A DNA stretch of 64,000 bases from Deltaproteobacteria bacterium. GTDB taxonomy: Bacteria; Bdellovibrionota_B; Oligoflexia; Oligoflexales; Bog-1112. The position numbers and the translations under genes were made by a program. A model generated the notes under the pieces. That model ran no database searches and was not told where the DNA came from. It worked only from the letters and a program-made list of their open reading frames with translations. The stretch is from contig CANJLI010000004.1 in assembly GCA_947475005.1 (NCBI GenBank), positions 1,942 through 65,941 of the forward strand, in the 5' to 3' direction. Positions 25,587-34,865 of the stretch are shown in pieces (position 1 is the stretch's first letter; every line of letters starts with the position of its first letter).

Positions 25587-27061
25587 ACACAACTCACCGT
25601 CGCATGTCGTTCGGTTTCCAAGCGAATCCTCTTGTCTTCATTGATATTACCGGTGATGTATTGACCGTTCATGCAAGCCATACACGGCGTTTGAACGGCT
25701 CCCTTTGATTGGCCCACCACTGCATCTACAAGATCGTCTATACTCTGATACAAAAGAAGATCGATATCGAGATACGAACAAATCTCTTCATGATCTTTCT
25801 GGGCAGCCAATAATTCGCCTCGAGAGGGAATGTCGATTCCATAAAAACAAGGTTCAATCAGGGGGGGGCATGCCGAAACAAAATAGACTTCGGAGGCTCC
25901 ATTTTCTCGAATCATGGTGACGATTTCTCGACTTGTGGTACCTCGAACGATGCTGTCATCCAGAATGAGTACTTTTTTACCCTCGATTTCTGTTCGCTGT
26001 GGGGTGAGCTTGTACCGGATGCTTTTACTGCGTTTGTTTTTATCAGGCATGATGAACACGCGGCCGATAAAATGATTTTTGTAGAGACCTTCACAGTAGC
26101 GAACCCCCAACTCTGTGGCAAATGCAAGGGCAGCTGTATTCGAAGTAAAGGGAGCTGGAATCACAATATCTGGAAATTCATTGGGATACTGTGTTTTCCA
26201 TTTTTTAGCTAAATTTTGTCCCATGCGCATGCGAGATTGATAGACGCTGATGCCATCCAGTGTGGAATCGGGCCTTGAAAAATAAACGTACTCAAAAATA
26301 CAGGGCTTAAACTGTTTCTTGACCAATCTCTTTCTAAATAATTCTCCATCAACCGTTACGAATACGAGCTCTCCGGGGCTGAGACTCCCCACAGCTGAAA
26401 ACCCCAAGGAGTAAAACATGCTGGTTTCGGAGGCAAAGATGTAGTCTTTCTCTCCATTCTCCCGCAACCGCTCCCCCATTTCGAGCGGTTTTAACCCATG
26501 GGGATCTCGAAAAGCCAACAAGCCCTTTCCAAGAATTACACTCACAACAGAAAAAGAACCTTGTACTTTGTCAAAAATTGCATCGACTGCACAGCAAAGG
26601 GTGTCAAAAAAATTATCGTCATCCCCATCATCCAATCCATAGGGCTCTACTTCATCCGCCAACAAGTGAAGCAACACTTCCGAATCGATAGAGGAATACA
26701 AGTGCTTTCGTTTTTTATAGGTAATCTCATGGACCAGTTCTTTGTAGTTCGTCAAATTGCCATTGTGGGCCAATGCCATCCCCCGCGGGTGCCCAATCCA
26801 GACGGGTTGTGCATTCTCAATGCCATAACCGCCTGCTGTAGGGTAGCGTGTATGACCAATTCCTATGTTGCCCTGCAGGCCAGCGAGGATTTCTTTGCTA
26901 AAAACATCTCGCACCAATCCCAATCCTTGCTTGAGGTCAAACCGTTGTTGGCATGTCAAAATTCCTGCAGCATCTTGGCCTCGATGTTGCAAATTAATTA
27001 AACTGTCATATAACTCTTCTGCAACTCGATTTTGACTGTAAATCCCAACTATACCGCACAT
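25583..27061 (-). CDS. purF: Amidophosphoribosyltransferase
   Basis: It has the N-terminal nucleophile MCGIVGI and the PRPP motif VLILDDSIVRGTT. Confidence 0.95.
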   Translation of the reverse strand: MCGIVGIYSQNRVAEELYDSLINLQHRGQDAAGILTCQQRFDLKQGLGLVRDVFSKEILAGLQGNIGIGHTRYPTAGGYGIENAQPVWIGHPRGMALAHNGNLTNYKELVHEITYKKRKHLYSSIDSEVLLHLLADEVEPYGLDDGDDDNFFDTLCCAVDAIFDKVQGSFSVVSVILGKGLLAFRDPHGLKPLEMGERLRENGEKDYIFASETSMFYSLGFSAVGSLSPGELVFVTVDGELFRKRLVKKQFKPCIFEYVYFSRPDSTLDGISVYQSRMRMGQNLAKKWKTQYPNEFPDIVIPAPFTSNTAALAFATELGVRYCEGLYKNHFIGRVFIMPDKNKRSKSIRYKLTPQRTEIEGKKVLILDDSIVRGTTSREIVTMIRENGASEVYFVSACPPLIEPCFYGIDIPSRGELLAAQKDHEEICSYLDIDLLLYQSIDDLVDAVVGQSKGAVQTPCMACMNGQYITGNINEDKRIRLETERHATVSCV

Positions 27062-28002
27062 ATTTGTCCTTCTATCCCATGCGCAGATGAATCAGAAAAA
27101 GGAAAGGATTGACCCACAATCATTTCATACAGTTGAATGTAGCGAGAGGACAAGGTTGTAACCAACTCTTCAGGAGCTTGTGGCAACACTTTGTCTGTAT
27201 AGGGGTCACAATTGGCAACAAACCAAAGCCGCAAGAACTCTTTGTCAATATTTTCTGGCTCCTGTTGGCTTGCAATCCGCTCTGCATAAGAATGGGCAAT
27301 CCAATAACGACTTGAATCGGGGGTATGAATTTCATCTACCAGTACGATGTTGCCTTCGTCATCGACACCCATTTCGTATTTGGTATCTACCAGAATCAAT
27401 CCGTTTTTGGCTGCAACTTCAACACCATATTGATAGAGACGCAATGCAGCGAGAGAGGCAATACTCCACTCTTCCTGGGTCATAAGCCCTTCGGAAATAA
27501 TTTCTTCTGCGCTAATAGGTCGATCGTGAAGGGTTTCTTTGGTAGTAGGCGTGAGAAGAGGAGTCTTTAGCTTTTGATTTTTTTGTAAGCCTTCCTCCAA
27601 CGTGTGGCCACAGTACTGACGCACCCCTTGTTTGTAATGGCTCCACATGGAGGTATTGGTTGTGCCCGTGATGTAGCCCCTAACTACGAATTCCACAGGA
27701 AATACTCGGCATTTTTTGGCAATCGTCACATTGGGGTGAGGGATGGACAATACATGATTGGGGATGATATGTCGGGTTTTGTCAAACCACCAAGCGCTCG
27801 TTAAATTCAAGACTTGACCTTTGAAGGGGACGCTTGCCAGCACCCGATCAAAGGCACTTTGTCTGTCCGTAGTGATCAACACCAGCTGATCATCCGTTTC
27901 ATAGGTATCTCGTACTTTGCCTCGATATTTTTTTCCGATTTTTAAATCGGTTTCTACTAAACAATGGGGCAGGGCTTGAATAATTTTTTCTTCATAATTC
28001 AT
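27049..28002 (-). CDS. purC: SAICAR synthetase (long form)
   Basis: A 317-aa ORF that is SAICAR-synthetase-like along its length, sitting in the pur operon with overlapping stop and start at both ends. Confidence 0.88.
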   Translation of the reverse strand: MNYEEKIIQALPHCLVETDLKIGKKYRGKVRDTYETDDQLVLITTDRQSAFDRVLASVPFKGQVLNLTSAWWFDKTRHIIPNHVLSIPHPNVTIAKKCRVFPVEFVVRGYITGTTNTSMWSHYKQGVRQYCGHTLEEGLQKNQKLKTPLLTPTTKETLHDRPISAEEIISEGLMTQEEWSIASLAALRLYQYGVEVAAKNGLILVDTKYEMGVDDEGNIVLVDEIHTPDSSRYWIAHSYAERIASQQEPENIDKEFLRLWFVANCDPYTDKVLPQAPEELVTTLSSRYIQLYEMIVGQSFPFSDSSAHGIEGQICAV

Positions 28003-29242
28003 AGTATTGACATACCTCAGATATAGGGTTCCACAAAATAGAGGATTGAATCACACGCTCTGTTGCATCGGAAAGAAGCTCAGGTTCCGTTTCGATTTGC
28101 CACAAGATGCTCCTCTCGATATGCAAGGGACCTTCTATGGCAAAATGTTTTTTTAGCACCTGCGCTTTGTGGAGACCCTGGAGATTTTCTTTGGGGCGAA
28201 CCAAGAAGGATTTTTTTCGCATGGAGGCTGTCGGTGTAACGAGTCGCTCTTTCTTGTCGTTATATAAAACCCCACTCTCCATAATCTGCGAAAGAATTTC
28301 GGGGGATTCACAAGAAATCTCCCACTGCACCCGTCGGGTCAACTGAATGGGAATGCCCATGTTTTGAAATGTCTTTTCAATGGTGAAAGCCTGATTGTCT
28401 GTGATGACCAAGGCAACAAATTGTTCTACAACGCCTGGTTTTTTGATGTAGTGCGCGAGGGCAGGCGATACTTGCACAGGTTGTGAAATAGCCACAGGTT
28501 TTGTCATCTTGCTGCCACTCTCGATGTACTCACGCATGGATTGAAAAAGACAATCTCCGTTTGGCGTGCGCTCCGGGTGAGGCATGATGGCCATCACATT
28601 GCCAGCTTGGTTGCACAGAGCCGCAATATTGTGAGTGGATCCATTTGGGTTCGTCGGAAACTCATTTCCTACATGCCCTTTTGTGTCGCAGTACTGCAGC
28701 GTAGGCAAGGCGCCATTCTCAATATAGGCAAGTACAGAATCGGGGAGTAAGAAACGCCCTTCTGCATGGGCCGTGGGCAAGGTCAGGATAAAATCTTTAT
28801 CGAAGCATCGAGTAAAAGCAGTGGGTTGGTTTTGAGAAAAGGGTTTGATGTGCACCCACGCATTGTAAAAACCGGTTCCGATTACTTGGCCTTGTTGAAT
28901 GCGCTTGTTATCGGTGAGGGCAATGCTGGGAAACGGTGCACCGGGAACGAGGCCGCTTTCCACCAGGATTTGGGCCCCATTGCAAATACCCAATATGGGT
29001 TTTCCCAGTTGGCTTTGCACTTTGAGAGCTTCGAGGATGGGCAAGTGTGCAGCGACGACGCCTGCACGTCCTCGATCTTCGTAGGAAAAGCCCCCGACCA
29101 AAATGAAGCCTTGAAAGTCATCCCAGTTTTCGGTCGGTGCATTCCACAACACTTCTACCGAGATCATACCTGCGCGTTGCACCGCAAGCATGGTTTCTCT
29201 TTCACAGTTGGAGCCTGGAAATACAAGAATGGCGATTTTCAT
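27992..29242 (-). CDS. purQ: FGAM synthase glutaminase subunit PurQ fused to two PurS-like repeats
   Basis: The N-terminal ~245 aa is PurQ (GICNGAQIL Cys, MPHPER). The C-terminal ~170 aa forms two ~80-aa PurS-like repeats, the second ending ILWNPISEVCQYYEL. Confidence 0.85.
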   Translation of the reverse strand: MKIAILVFPGSNCERETMLAVQRAGMISVEVLWNAPTENWDDFQGFILVGGFSYEDRGRAGVVAAHLPILEALKVQSQLGKPILGICNGAQILVESGLVPGAPFPSIALTDNKRIQQGQVIGTGFYNAWVHIKPFSQNQPTAFTRCFDKDFILTLPTAHAEGRFLLPDSVLAYIENGALPTLQYCDTKGHVGNEFPTNPNGSTHNIAALCNQAGNVMAIMPHPERTPNGDCLFQSMREYIESGSKMTKPVAISQPVQVSPALAHYIKKPGVVEQFVALVITDNQAFTIEKTFQNMGIPIQLTRRVQWEISCESPEILSQIMESGVLYNDKKERLVTPTASMRKKSFLVRPKENLQGLHKAQVLKKHFAIEGPLHIERSILWQIETEPELLSDATERVIQSSILWNPISEVCQYYEL

Positions 29243-29257
29243 GTTACCTTCAATCCT

Positions 29258-29632
29258 GTGGGGACACCCGATGCGAGTGTCCCCGAGCTAGTTGTAACTT
29301 CTGTCATCCCAAGGTCCCGAAGGGACCGTATGGGATCCCAGCGTTTTTATCGAGATCCCATACGGCTGCTACGCAGCCTTGGGATGACAGGGGACACCCG
29401 ATGCGAGTGTCCCCGAGCTAGTTGTAACTTCTGTCATCCCAAGGTCCCGAAGGGACCGTATGGGATCCCAGCGTTTTTATCGAGATCCCATACGGCTGCT
29501 ACGCAGCCTTGGGATGACAGGGGCAGGGGACACTCGCATCGGGTGCCCCCTGCCCCTGCCTTCGGGGACACTCGCATCGGGTGTCCCCTGCCCCTGCCTT
29601 CGGGGACACTCGCATCGGGTGTCCCCTGCCTT
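29258..29632. repeat. Composite repeat array inside the pur operon (2 x 130-bp unit of C+A elements, then 3 inverted C hairpins)
   Basis: The unit 29260-29389 is repeated exactly at 29390-29519. Three copies of GGGGACACTCGCATCGGGTGTCCCC follow with a ~38-bp period. Confidence 0.92.
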
Positions 29633-29638
29633 ACTCTG

Positions 29639-30685
29639 TTATAGGATCCTTACCTCTTTTTGATGGCTCGCTACCACTTGTCCAATCTCATACACCTTAA
29701 ACTCAGCAAAAGAAGCGAGGCTCTCTTTCAACTGCTCTGCCATCTCGGGAGAGGCAATCATCACGAGGCCGATTCCCATGTTAAAAGTTTGATAGAGGCT
29801 ATGTAGATTGAGATCCCCTAAGTGCCGAAGCACGTCAAACAGAGGCGCGATAGGCCATGTTCCCTGCGTAATCTCGACTGCACAATTGCCGGGTAAAATA
29901 CGGGGGATGTTGTGAATAAATCCACCACCTGTGATGTGAGCCATGCCTTTGATTTCTAATTTATTTTGGAGGCACTTCAATACCGGTTTTGTGTAATTGA
30001 TATGGGGGGCTAACAAAATTTCACCCACGGTGGCTTCGAGCTCTGGATGCCAACTGTCGACTTGCAAACCCGCTACTTCGAAGAATAACTTGCGAGCTAG
30101 CGAATATCCGTTGGTGTGCATCCCACTGGAAGAAAGACCCAGCACCACATCTCCCGGCACAATGCTTGCACCTGAGATGATTTGGTCCTTCTCTACAATC
30201 CCCGTGACCACACCCACCAAATCATATTCACCAGGTAAATAGGTCCCTGGCATTTCGGCCGTTTCACCTCCAATAAGGGAAATGCCATTTTCTAAGCATG
30301 CCTGGGAGATCCCACTAATAATTTGTTCCACAACATCTGGATTTAATTTGTCGTTGGCAAGATAATCCAACAGGGTGAGTGGAGTCGCACCCATGGCAAC
30401 GATATCGTTTGCAGTGGCACTCACCAAGTCGATGCCGATGGTATCGAATTTGCCCATCATGCGAGCTACTTTAATTTTCGTGCCTACACCATCGATACTC
30501 TGCACCAACACAGGATGATCGTAGGGAGCGAATGCGGCTTTGATGTCATAAATTGCACCAAACCCACCGATTGGCGTGAGTACCCGGGGTGAAAAGGTTT
30601 TCTCTGCCAGGGTTTTGATTCTGCGAACAGCTTCATTGCCTGCTTCCACATCCACGCCTGCTGCTTTGTAATCTATGACTGTCAT
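29639..30685 (-). CDS. purM: Phosphoribosylformylglycinamidine cyclo-ligase (AIR synthetase)
   Basis: A 348-aa ORF with the SIDGVGTKIKVA block and a 4-nt overlap with the purL stop. Confidence 0.93.
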   Translation of the reverse strand: MTVIDYKAAGVDVEAGNEAVRRIKTLAEKTFSPRVLTPIGGFGAIYDIKAAFAPYDHPVLVQSIDGVGTKIKVARMMGKFDTIGIDLVSATANDIVAMGATPLTLLDYLANDKLNPDVVEQIISGISQACLENGISLIGGETAEMPGTYLPGEYDLVGVVTGIVEKDQIISGASIVPGDVVLGLSSSGMHTNGYSLARKLFFEVAGLQVDSWHPELEATVGEILLAPHINYTKPVLKCLQNKLEIKGMAHITGGGFIHNIPRILPGNCAVEITQGTWPIAPLFDVLRHLGDLNLHSLYQTFNMGIGLVMIASPEMAEQLKESLASFAEFKVYEIGQVVASHQKEVRIL

Positions 30686-33024
30686 ATCAATTTACTCCGT
30701 AATCCAAGTTCCCAAGCTTGTTTAGCTTCATGGATGGGAAGGTTGATGACACCTTCCATGCACAAGGTGGGGGTGGAGGTTGTGTGACCGATTTGCCAAA
30801 ACTGAACACCACGGGATTGAAGCAACGCAGAGAGTGTTTGCAGATGTGCGGGATCTACTTCTAGAACAAATCCTCCGCTTTCACTGAACAATTTTTTCTC
30901 TATCGAGAAGGAAAAAGGCAGGTGAATGTCGACGCCGATTTGGTTTTTAAAACTCATCTCTGCGAGGGCCACTGCGATACCCCCATCGGAAATATCGTGG
31001 GCTGCTGCCACCAGCCCCTGCTGGATGGCTTCGGCTACGGTATGAATTTCAGCACCTAAGTTGAGGAGGTCCGGTTTGGGTACCTGTGCACCCAATTCTC
31101 CGTGGAGTTGGTAATACACACTGCCGCCGCACTCGTCTTTTCGAGCTCCGATCAAGAGCAGAGGGTTTCCTGCTTTTTTGAAGGCAGAGGAGACAGATTT
31201 TGTTGCATCGGGTAGATTTCCTAGGCATGCAATCATGGGACTCGGTGGAATTGCATTGCCATTGGATTCGTTGTACAGGGAGACATTGCCTGAAATGATA
31301 GGCAAGGACGCTTGCGCATCTCCTTGCAGCCCCACTGCACGACACGCATCCACGATGCCGCGAATGGATTCGGCAAATTCCCACATATGTTCCGGATTTT
31401 CAGGATTACCAAAACAAAGGCAATCCGTAATGGCTTGGGGGGTTGCACCGGTAGCTGCCACATTGCGAGCAGATTCTACTACGGCATTCACGGCACCCCA
31501 GTAGGCGTCGATTTTGTTGTAGCGAGGGTTTTGATCCAAGGACAATGCAATGCCGGTACGTCGAATTTCCTCTGGGAATTTTTCTTCGTTAAATGGCGTG
31601 AGCACCCCTGCGTCGGCTTCTCCCGCCTCCATATGGGTACGACCCTGTACCTGCTTGTCATATCGCTCAAGAACCGGAGCGCGTGAGGCGATGTTTTCGT
31701 GGGACAACAATTGTAGCAACGTCTCGTTGAGATTCGCACTTGGGAGAGACTGTGGTTCTGCGAGAGTTTTCACAAGAGGACTCACGGGACGATCGTATCG
31801 AATCCCTTGGGTGATGTCGGAGGCTTTTGCTTCCACCAAGATCGCATTTTTATATCGAACTACATATTGTCCATCGGTACGAATTTTTCCGATCACTGCA
31901 GCTTGGGCATGAGAGGCAATCTCAGGCAAGGTAAATTGATCGTTGTAGTGGGTCAGAATCATGTCAACCAAGTGAGGAGGGACCACCCACATAAAGCGCT
32001 CTTGGGTTTCGGAGCAAAGGAGGACGTGAGGGGGGAGATCTTGCATGCTCGTAGGGACCTGCTCGAGGTCAATTTCTGCACCATACCCCCCGGCGTCTGC
32101 AAGCTCGACGGTAGCACAAGCGATACCACCAGCGCCTAGGTCTTTGAATCCCACTTCATCGATCATCTGCATCTGTTTTAGCTTTTCAAACAGGGCGTAA
32201 TTGGCTTTCAATAAATGGCGTTTCAAGAATGCATCTGGCTCTTGAATCGCCCCTTTGTTTTGGGTTTCATTTTCTTCCAACAGAGAAGCCGATGCAAAAC
32301 TCGCACCACCGAATCCGCTATTGTCAGTGCCTTTGCCTACGAGAATGTAGACATAGTCCTTCGCATCTTTGGGGGCGAAGGAATGGATGACATGGTCTTC
32401 GCGTACAATCCCCAGGGTGACAACGGTGACCAAGCAGTTGTCGTTGTACGATTCATCGTAGTAGAGGTCCCCTGCGATATTCGCGATGCCAACGGGATTT
32501 CCATATCCGCTGATACCGGATACAACGCCGTCGTGAATCCACTGGGTTTTTTGACGGTGAATGTCTCCAAAGCGAAGGCCATCGGCAAAGGCGATGACTT
32601 CAGCGCCCATGCAACACACATCCCGCAAATTGCCACCCACACCCGTAGCCGCGCCTTCGTATGGAACCAGCTGAGAAGGGTGATTATGGGATTCGTGGCT
32701 GATCACAATACCGTATCGAAGCCCATCATTATCTATGGCGACGGATACAATTCCTGCATCTTCTTTCGGACCCAAGATGACCTGAGGGCCTTTTGTCACC
32801 AAGGTATCGAGAAATTTTCTCGTACTTTTGTAGGAGCAGTGCTCAGATCCTTGGATGGACCACAGAACGGCTTCAGCGAGGGTTACGGGGCGTTTTAGAA
32901 TGTCGAATTGGATTTTTTTGGCTTCGTCGGGCGTTAAGGAAAGGGCGTGTTGTTTCAAAACGGCGCAGATTTCTGCGTGATCTAAGCCACCGAAGTCCAA
33001 CACATCGTTCTTATACTGAACCAC
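30682..33024 (-). CDS. purL: FGAM synthase subunit PurL (small PurL)
   Basis: A 780-aa ORF with the ESHNHPSQLVPYEGAATGVGG block. The start is GTG, preceded by GAAGGGAG. Confidence 0.93.
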   Translation of the reverse strand: MVQYKNDVLDFGGLDHAEICAVLKQHALSLTPDEAKKIQFDILKRPVTLAEAVLWSIQGSEHCSYKSTRKFLDTLVTKGPQVILGPKEDAGIVSVAIDNDGLRYGIVISHESHNHPSQLVPYEGAATGVGGNLRDVCCMGAEVIAFADGLRFGDIHRQKTQWIHDGVVSGISGYGNPVGIANIAGDLYYDESYNDNCLVTVVTLGIVREDHVIHSFAPKDAKDYVYILVGKGTDNSGFGGASFASASLLEENETQNKGAIQEPDAFLKRHLLKANYALFEKLKQMQMIDEVGFKDLGAGGIACATVELADAGGYGAEIDLEQVPTSMQDLPPHVLLCSETQERFMWVVPPHLVDMILTHYNDQFTLPEIASHAQAAVIGKIRTDGQYVVRYKNAILVEAKASDITQGIRYDRPVSPLVKTLAEPQSLPSANLNETLLQLLSHENIASRAPVLERYDKQVQGRTHMEAGEADAGVLTPFNEEKFPEEIRRTGIALSLDQNPRYNKIDAYWGAVNAVVESARNVAATGATPQAITDCLCFGNPENPEHMWEFAESIRGIVDACRAVGLQGDAQASLPIISGNVSLYNESNGNAIPPSPMIACLGNLPDATKSVSSAFKKAGNPLLLIGARKDECGGSVYYQLHGELGAQVPKPDLLNLGAEIHTVAEAIQQGLVAAAHDISDGGIAVALAEMSFKNQIGVDIHLPFSFSIEKKLFSESGGFVLEVDPAHLQTLSALLQSRGVQFWQIGHTTSTPTLCMEGVINLPIHEAKQAWELGLRSKLI

Positions 33025-33073
33025 ACTTGTCTCCCTTCAGAATAAAATTGGCCACAAGATAGCAGGAGTTTTT

Positions 33074-33181
33074 ATGCTTGTCTTAATTTTTGTTTTTTAT
33101 TTTTATGGGATCGCTGCGGATTGGAGTAAGGGCGCTCACCTTTGGGGCTTGCTTTTCTATTCAATGCATTGTGATAGATAG
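33074..33181 (+). CDS. Possible 35-aa hydrophobic small ORF upstream of the prenyltransferase gene
   Basis: My own reading: AGGAG-N5-ATG 33074, then MLVLIFVFYFYGIAADWSKGAHLWGLLFYSMHCDR, with stop TAG at 33179. It is below the ORF-track cutoff. Confidence 0.3.
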   Translation: MLVLIFVFYFYGIAADWSKGAHLWGLLFYSMHCDR

Positions 33182-33215
33182 AGAATTCGAACGAATAAAA
33201 AGAAAGAATAAAAAA

Positions 33216-34085
33216 GTGAAAAAACTAAAGGCGATAGCCGCAGATCTAAAACTATCTCATACCTTATTCGCACTGCCATTCGCCCTATCAGGTCTGGTAC
33301 TCGGAGGGGTGCAGCTCCAGTCTTTAACCCTGTTAGCTTTTGGCAAACTTCTCTTGTGCATGTTCACCGCACGGTCCTTCGCCATGGGAATGAATCGATG
33401 GCTCGATCGCACTCTCGATGCCCAAAATCCCCGTACCGATTCGCGAGCCATTCCTTCTAGGCAACTCAAAGCAGGAGAAATGCTGAGCTGGAGCTGTCTC
33501 TTTGGCCTCGGATTTGTTCTCGCGGCTTTTACATTCAACCGCACCACCGGACTGTGCAGCCCTGTGGTTTTGGCAATCCTCGCCGGCTACTCCCTCATGA
33601 AGCGCTATACCTGGGGCACTCATTGGTACCTCGGGGCCTGTCTTGGGCTGGCACCCATCGCTGCCAACATTGCCCTGCAGGGGCATGTTCCCAGCAGTGT
33701 GCTACTCCTCGGCCTTGCCATCACCATGTGGACCGCAGGGTTTGATATCCTCTATGCCACCCAAGATGTGGCTTTCGATACGCGCATGAAACTGTACAGC
33801 GTACCCGTTCGCTTTGGACTTGCGCGATCCTGGTGGATCAGCGCTGGATGTTTTGCCTGCATGATTCTGCTACTGCTTCAAATCGGGCGAAGCGCTCCAG
33901 TAGGCTCTCTCTATTACATCGGTGTCTTCGGCGTAGCGGGGATGTTGATTTATGAACTGGGGCTGGTACGCGACCTCGCTAAAAATCGTGCTTCCATGAA
34001 ATTGGATCGCGCCTTCTTCACTGTAAATGGCTGGGTCAGTGTTTGTTTCTATATCTGTGTGCAGCTCGATTCTCTGCTGCAGTAA
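33216..34085 (+). CDS. UbiA-family polyprenyltransferase (ubiA_other / MqnP-like)
   Basis: ORF 33090..34085, with a likely start at GTG 33216 giving ~289 aa. It has SHTLFALPFAL and the Asp-rich motif NRWLDRTLDAQNPRT..R.IPS. Confidence 0.8.
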   Translation: MKKLKAIAADLKLSHTLFALPFALSGLVLGGVQLQSLTLLAFGKLLLCMFTARSFAMGMNRWLDRTLDAQNPRTDSRAIPSRQLKAGEMLSWSCLFGLGFVLAAFTFNRTTGLCSPVVLAILAGYSLMKRYTWGTHWYLGACLGLAPIAANIALQGHVPSSVLLLGLAITMWTAGFDILYATQDVAFDTRMKLYSVPVRFGLARSWWISAGCFACMILLLLQIGRSAPVGSLYYIGVFGVAGMLIYELGLVRDLAKNRASMKLDRAFFTVNGWVSVCFYICVQLDSLLQ

Positions 34086-34126
34086 GAGGAAGGAGACTGG
34101 GAGATTGGGTCCAGGAAGGAGACTGG

Positions 34127-34202
34127 GAGATCGGGTCCACCTACCGAATTAAGGCAGAGGGGATTCCCCCTCTGCCTTAATTCGGTAGGTGGACCCGATC
34201 TC
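34127..34202. repeat. B-family long hairpin (downstream flank of the RAYT gene)
   Basis: GAGATCGGGTCCACCTACCGAATTAAGGCAGAGGGGATTCCCCCTCTGCCTTAATTCGGTAGGTGGACCCGATCTC. The left end is partly duplicated at 34088-34126. Confidence 0.9.
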
Positions 34203-34787
34203 TGAAATCACACCCAAAGGCCTGCCGCCCTGTGAATTTTTTCTAATCAGATCAATGTCCGCAGGATCCAACTTTTGGGTAAGAAATTCTTGCCAGTTCG
34301 GATGTCGTTCTACCATAAACCCCACATCAAGTAGGGGATCTATTTTTTGAAAGAGATGGGCTTGAGCACTGCTCCATTTATACGCCTCAGGGCACTTGCA
34401 TAAGTTTGCTCTTACCGGATTTAGTTCTATGTATCGCACACATTTATCCAAATAATCATCATCCATAGGAGCAGAAAAAAAACGGCCCTGCCAAAGGTGG
34501 CCTTTCCAATTCATACGCAAATTTATTTGTTTGGTGTAACTCTTATGCACCTCTCCAATGGCTAAGCTAAGAGAGCTTTCAGAGGAAGGGACAACAACGA
34601 GATGTACATGATTGGGCATTAAACAATACGCCAAGAGAGTCACTTCGTACTTTTTGCAAGATTTCTGCAAAAGATCGCAATATAGCTGATAATCAGCCTC
34701 ACAAAAAAAGGTAGATTGCTTTCTATTCCCACGCTGTGTGACGTGGTGGGGTACGTTAGGAATAACAATGCGAGGTAGTTTTGGCAT
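34149..34787 (-). CDS. REP-associated tyrosine transposase (RAYT; IS200/IS605-like Y1 HUH enzyme)
   Basis: ORF 34149..34826, with the start at ATG 34787 (MPKLPRIVIPNVPHHVTQRGN). It has the HUH motif LMPNHVHLVV and the block WQGRFFS...RYIELNPVRANL...YKWSS. The last codons run into the B repeat. Confidence 0.85.
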   Translation of the reverse strand: MPKLPRIVIPNVPHHVTQRGNRKQSTFFCEADYQLYCDLLQKSCKKYEVTLLAYCLMPNHVHLVVVPSSESSLSLAIGEVHKSYTKQINLRMNWKGHLWQGRFFSAPMDDDYLDKCVRYIELNPVRANLCKCPEAYKWSSAQAHLFQKIDPLLDVGFMVERHPNWQEFLTQKLDPADIDLIRKNSQGGRPLGVISEIGSTYRIKAEGESPLP

Positions 34788-34865
34788 AATACAAAGATAA
34801 ATAACAAAGATAAATGAATGTCGCACAGTGACTTTTTAATGAAAGAACAGAAAACAGGGAGATTG

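Noticed and set aside
29258-29632. The regularly spaced repeats could suggest a CRISPR array.
   Set aside because: The 130-bp period is an exact duplication of the whole unit, so the 'spacers' are identical. The repeats are members of the palindromic A and C families found all over the window. No cas genes are nearby, and the array lies inside the pur operon.
28766-29663. Plus-strand ORFs of 292, 94 and 67 aa run across the purQ 5-prime end and the repeat array.
   Set aside because: They are antisense to purQ and otherwise translate the A and C repeats (recurrent GDTRIGCP / IPRSRRDRMGSQRFYRDPIRLLRSLGMTG peptides). The same repeat-derived peptides appear in other spurious ORFs at 38.5-39.0 kb and 57.5-57.8 kb.
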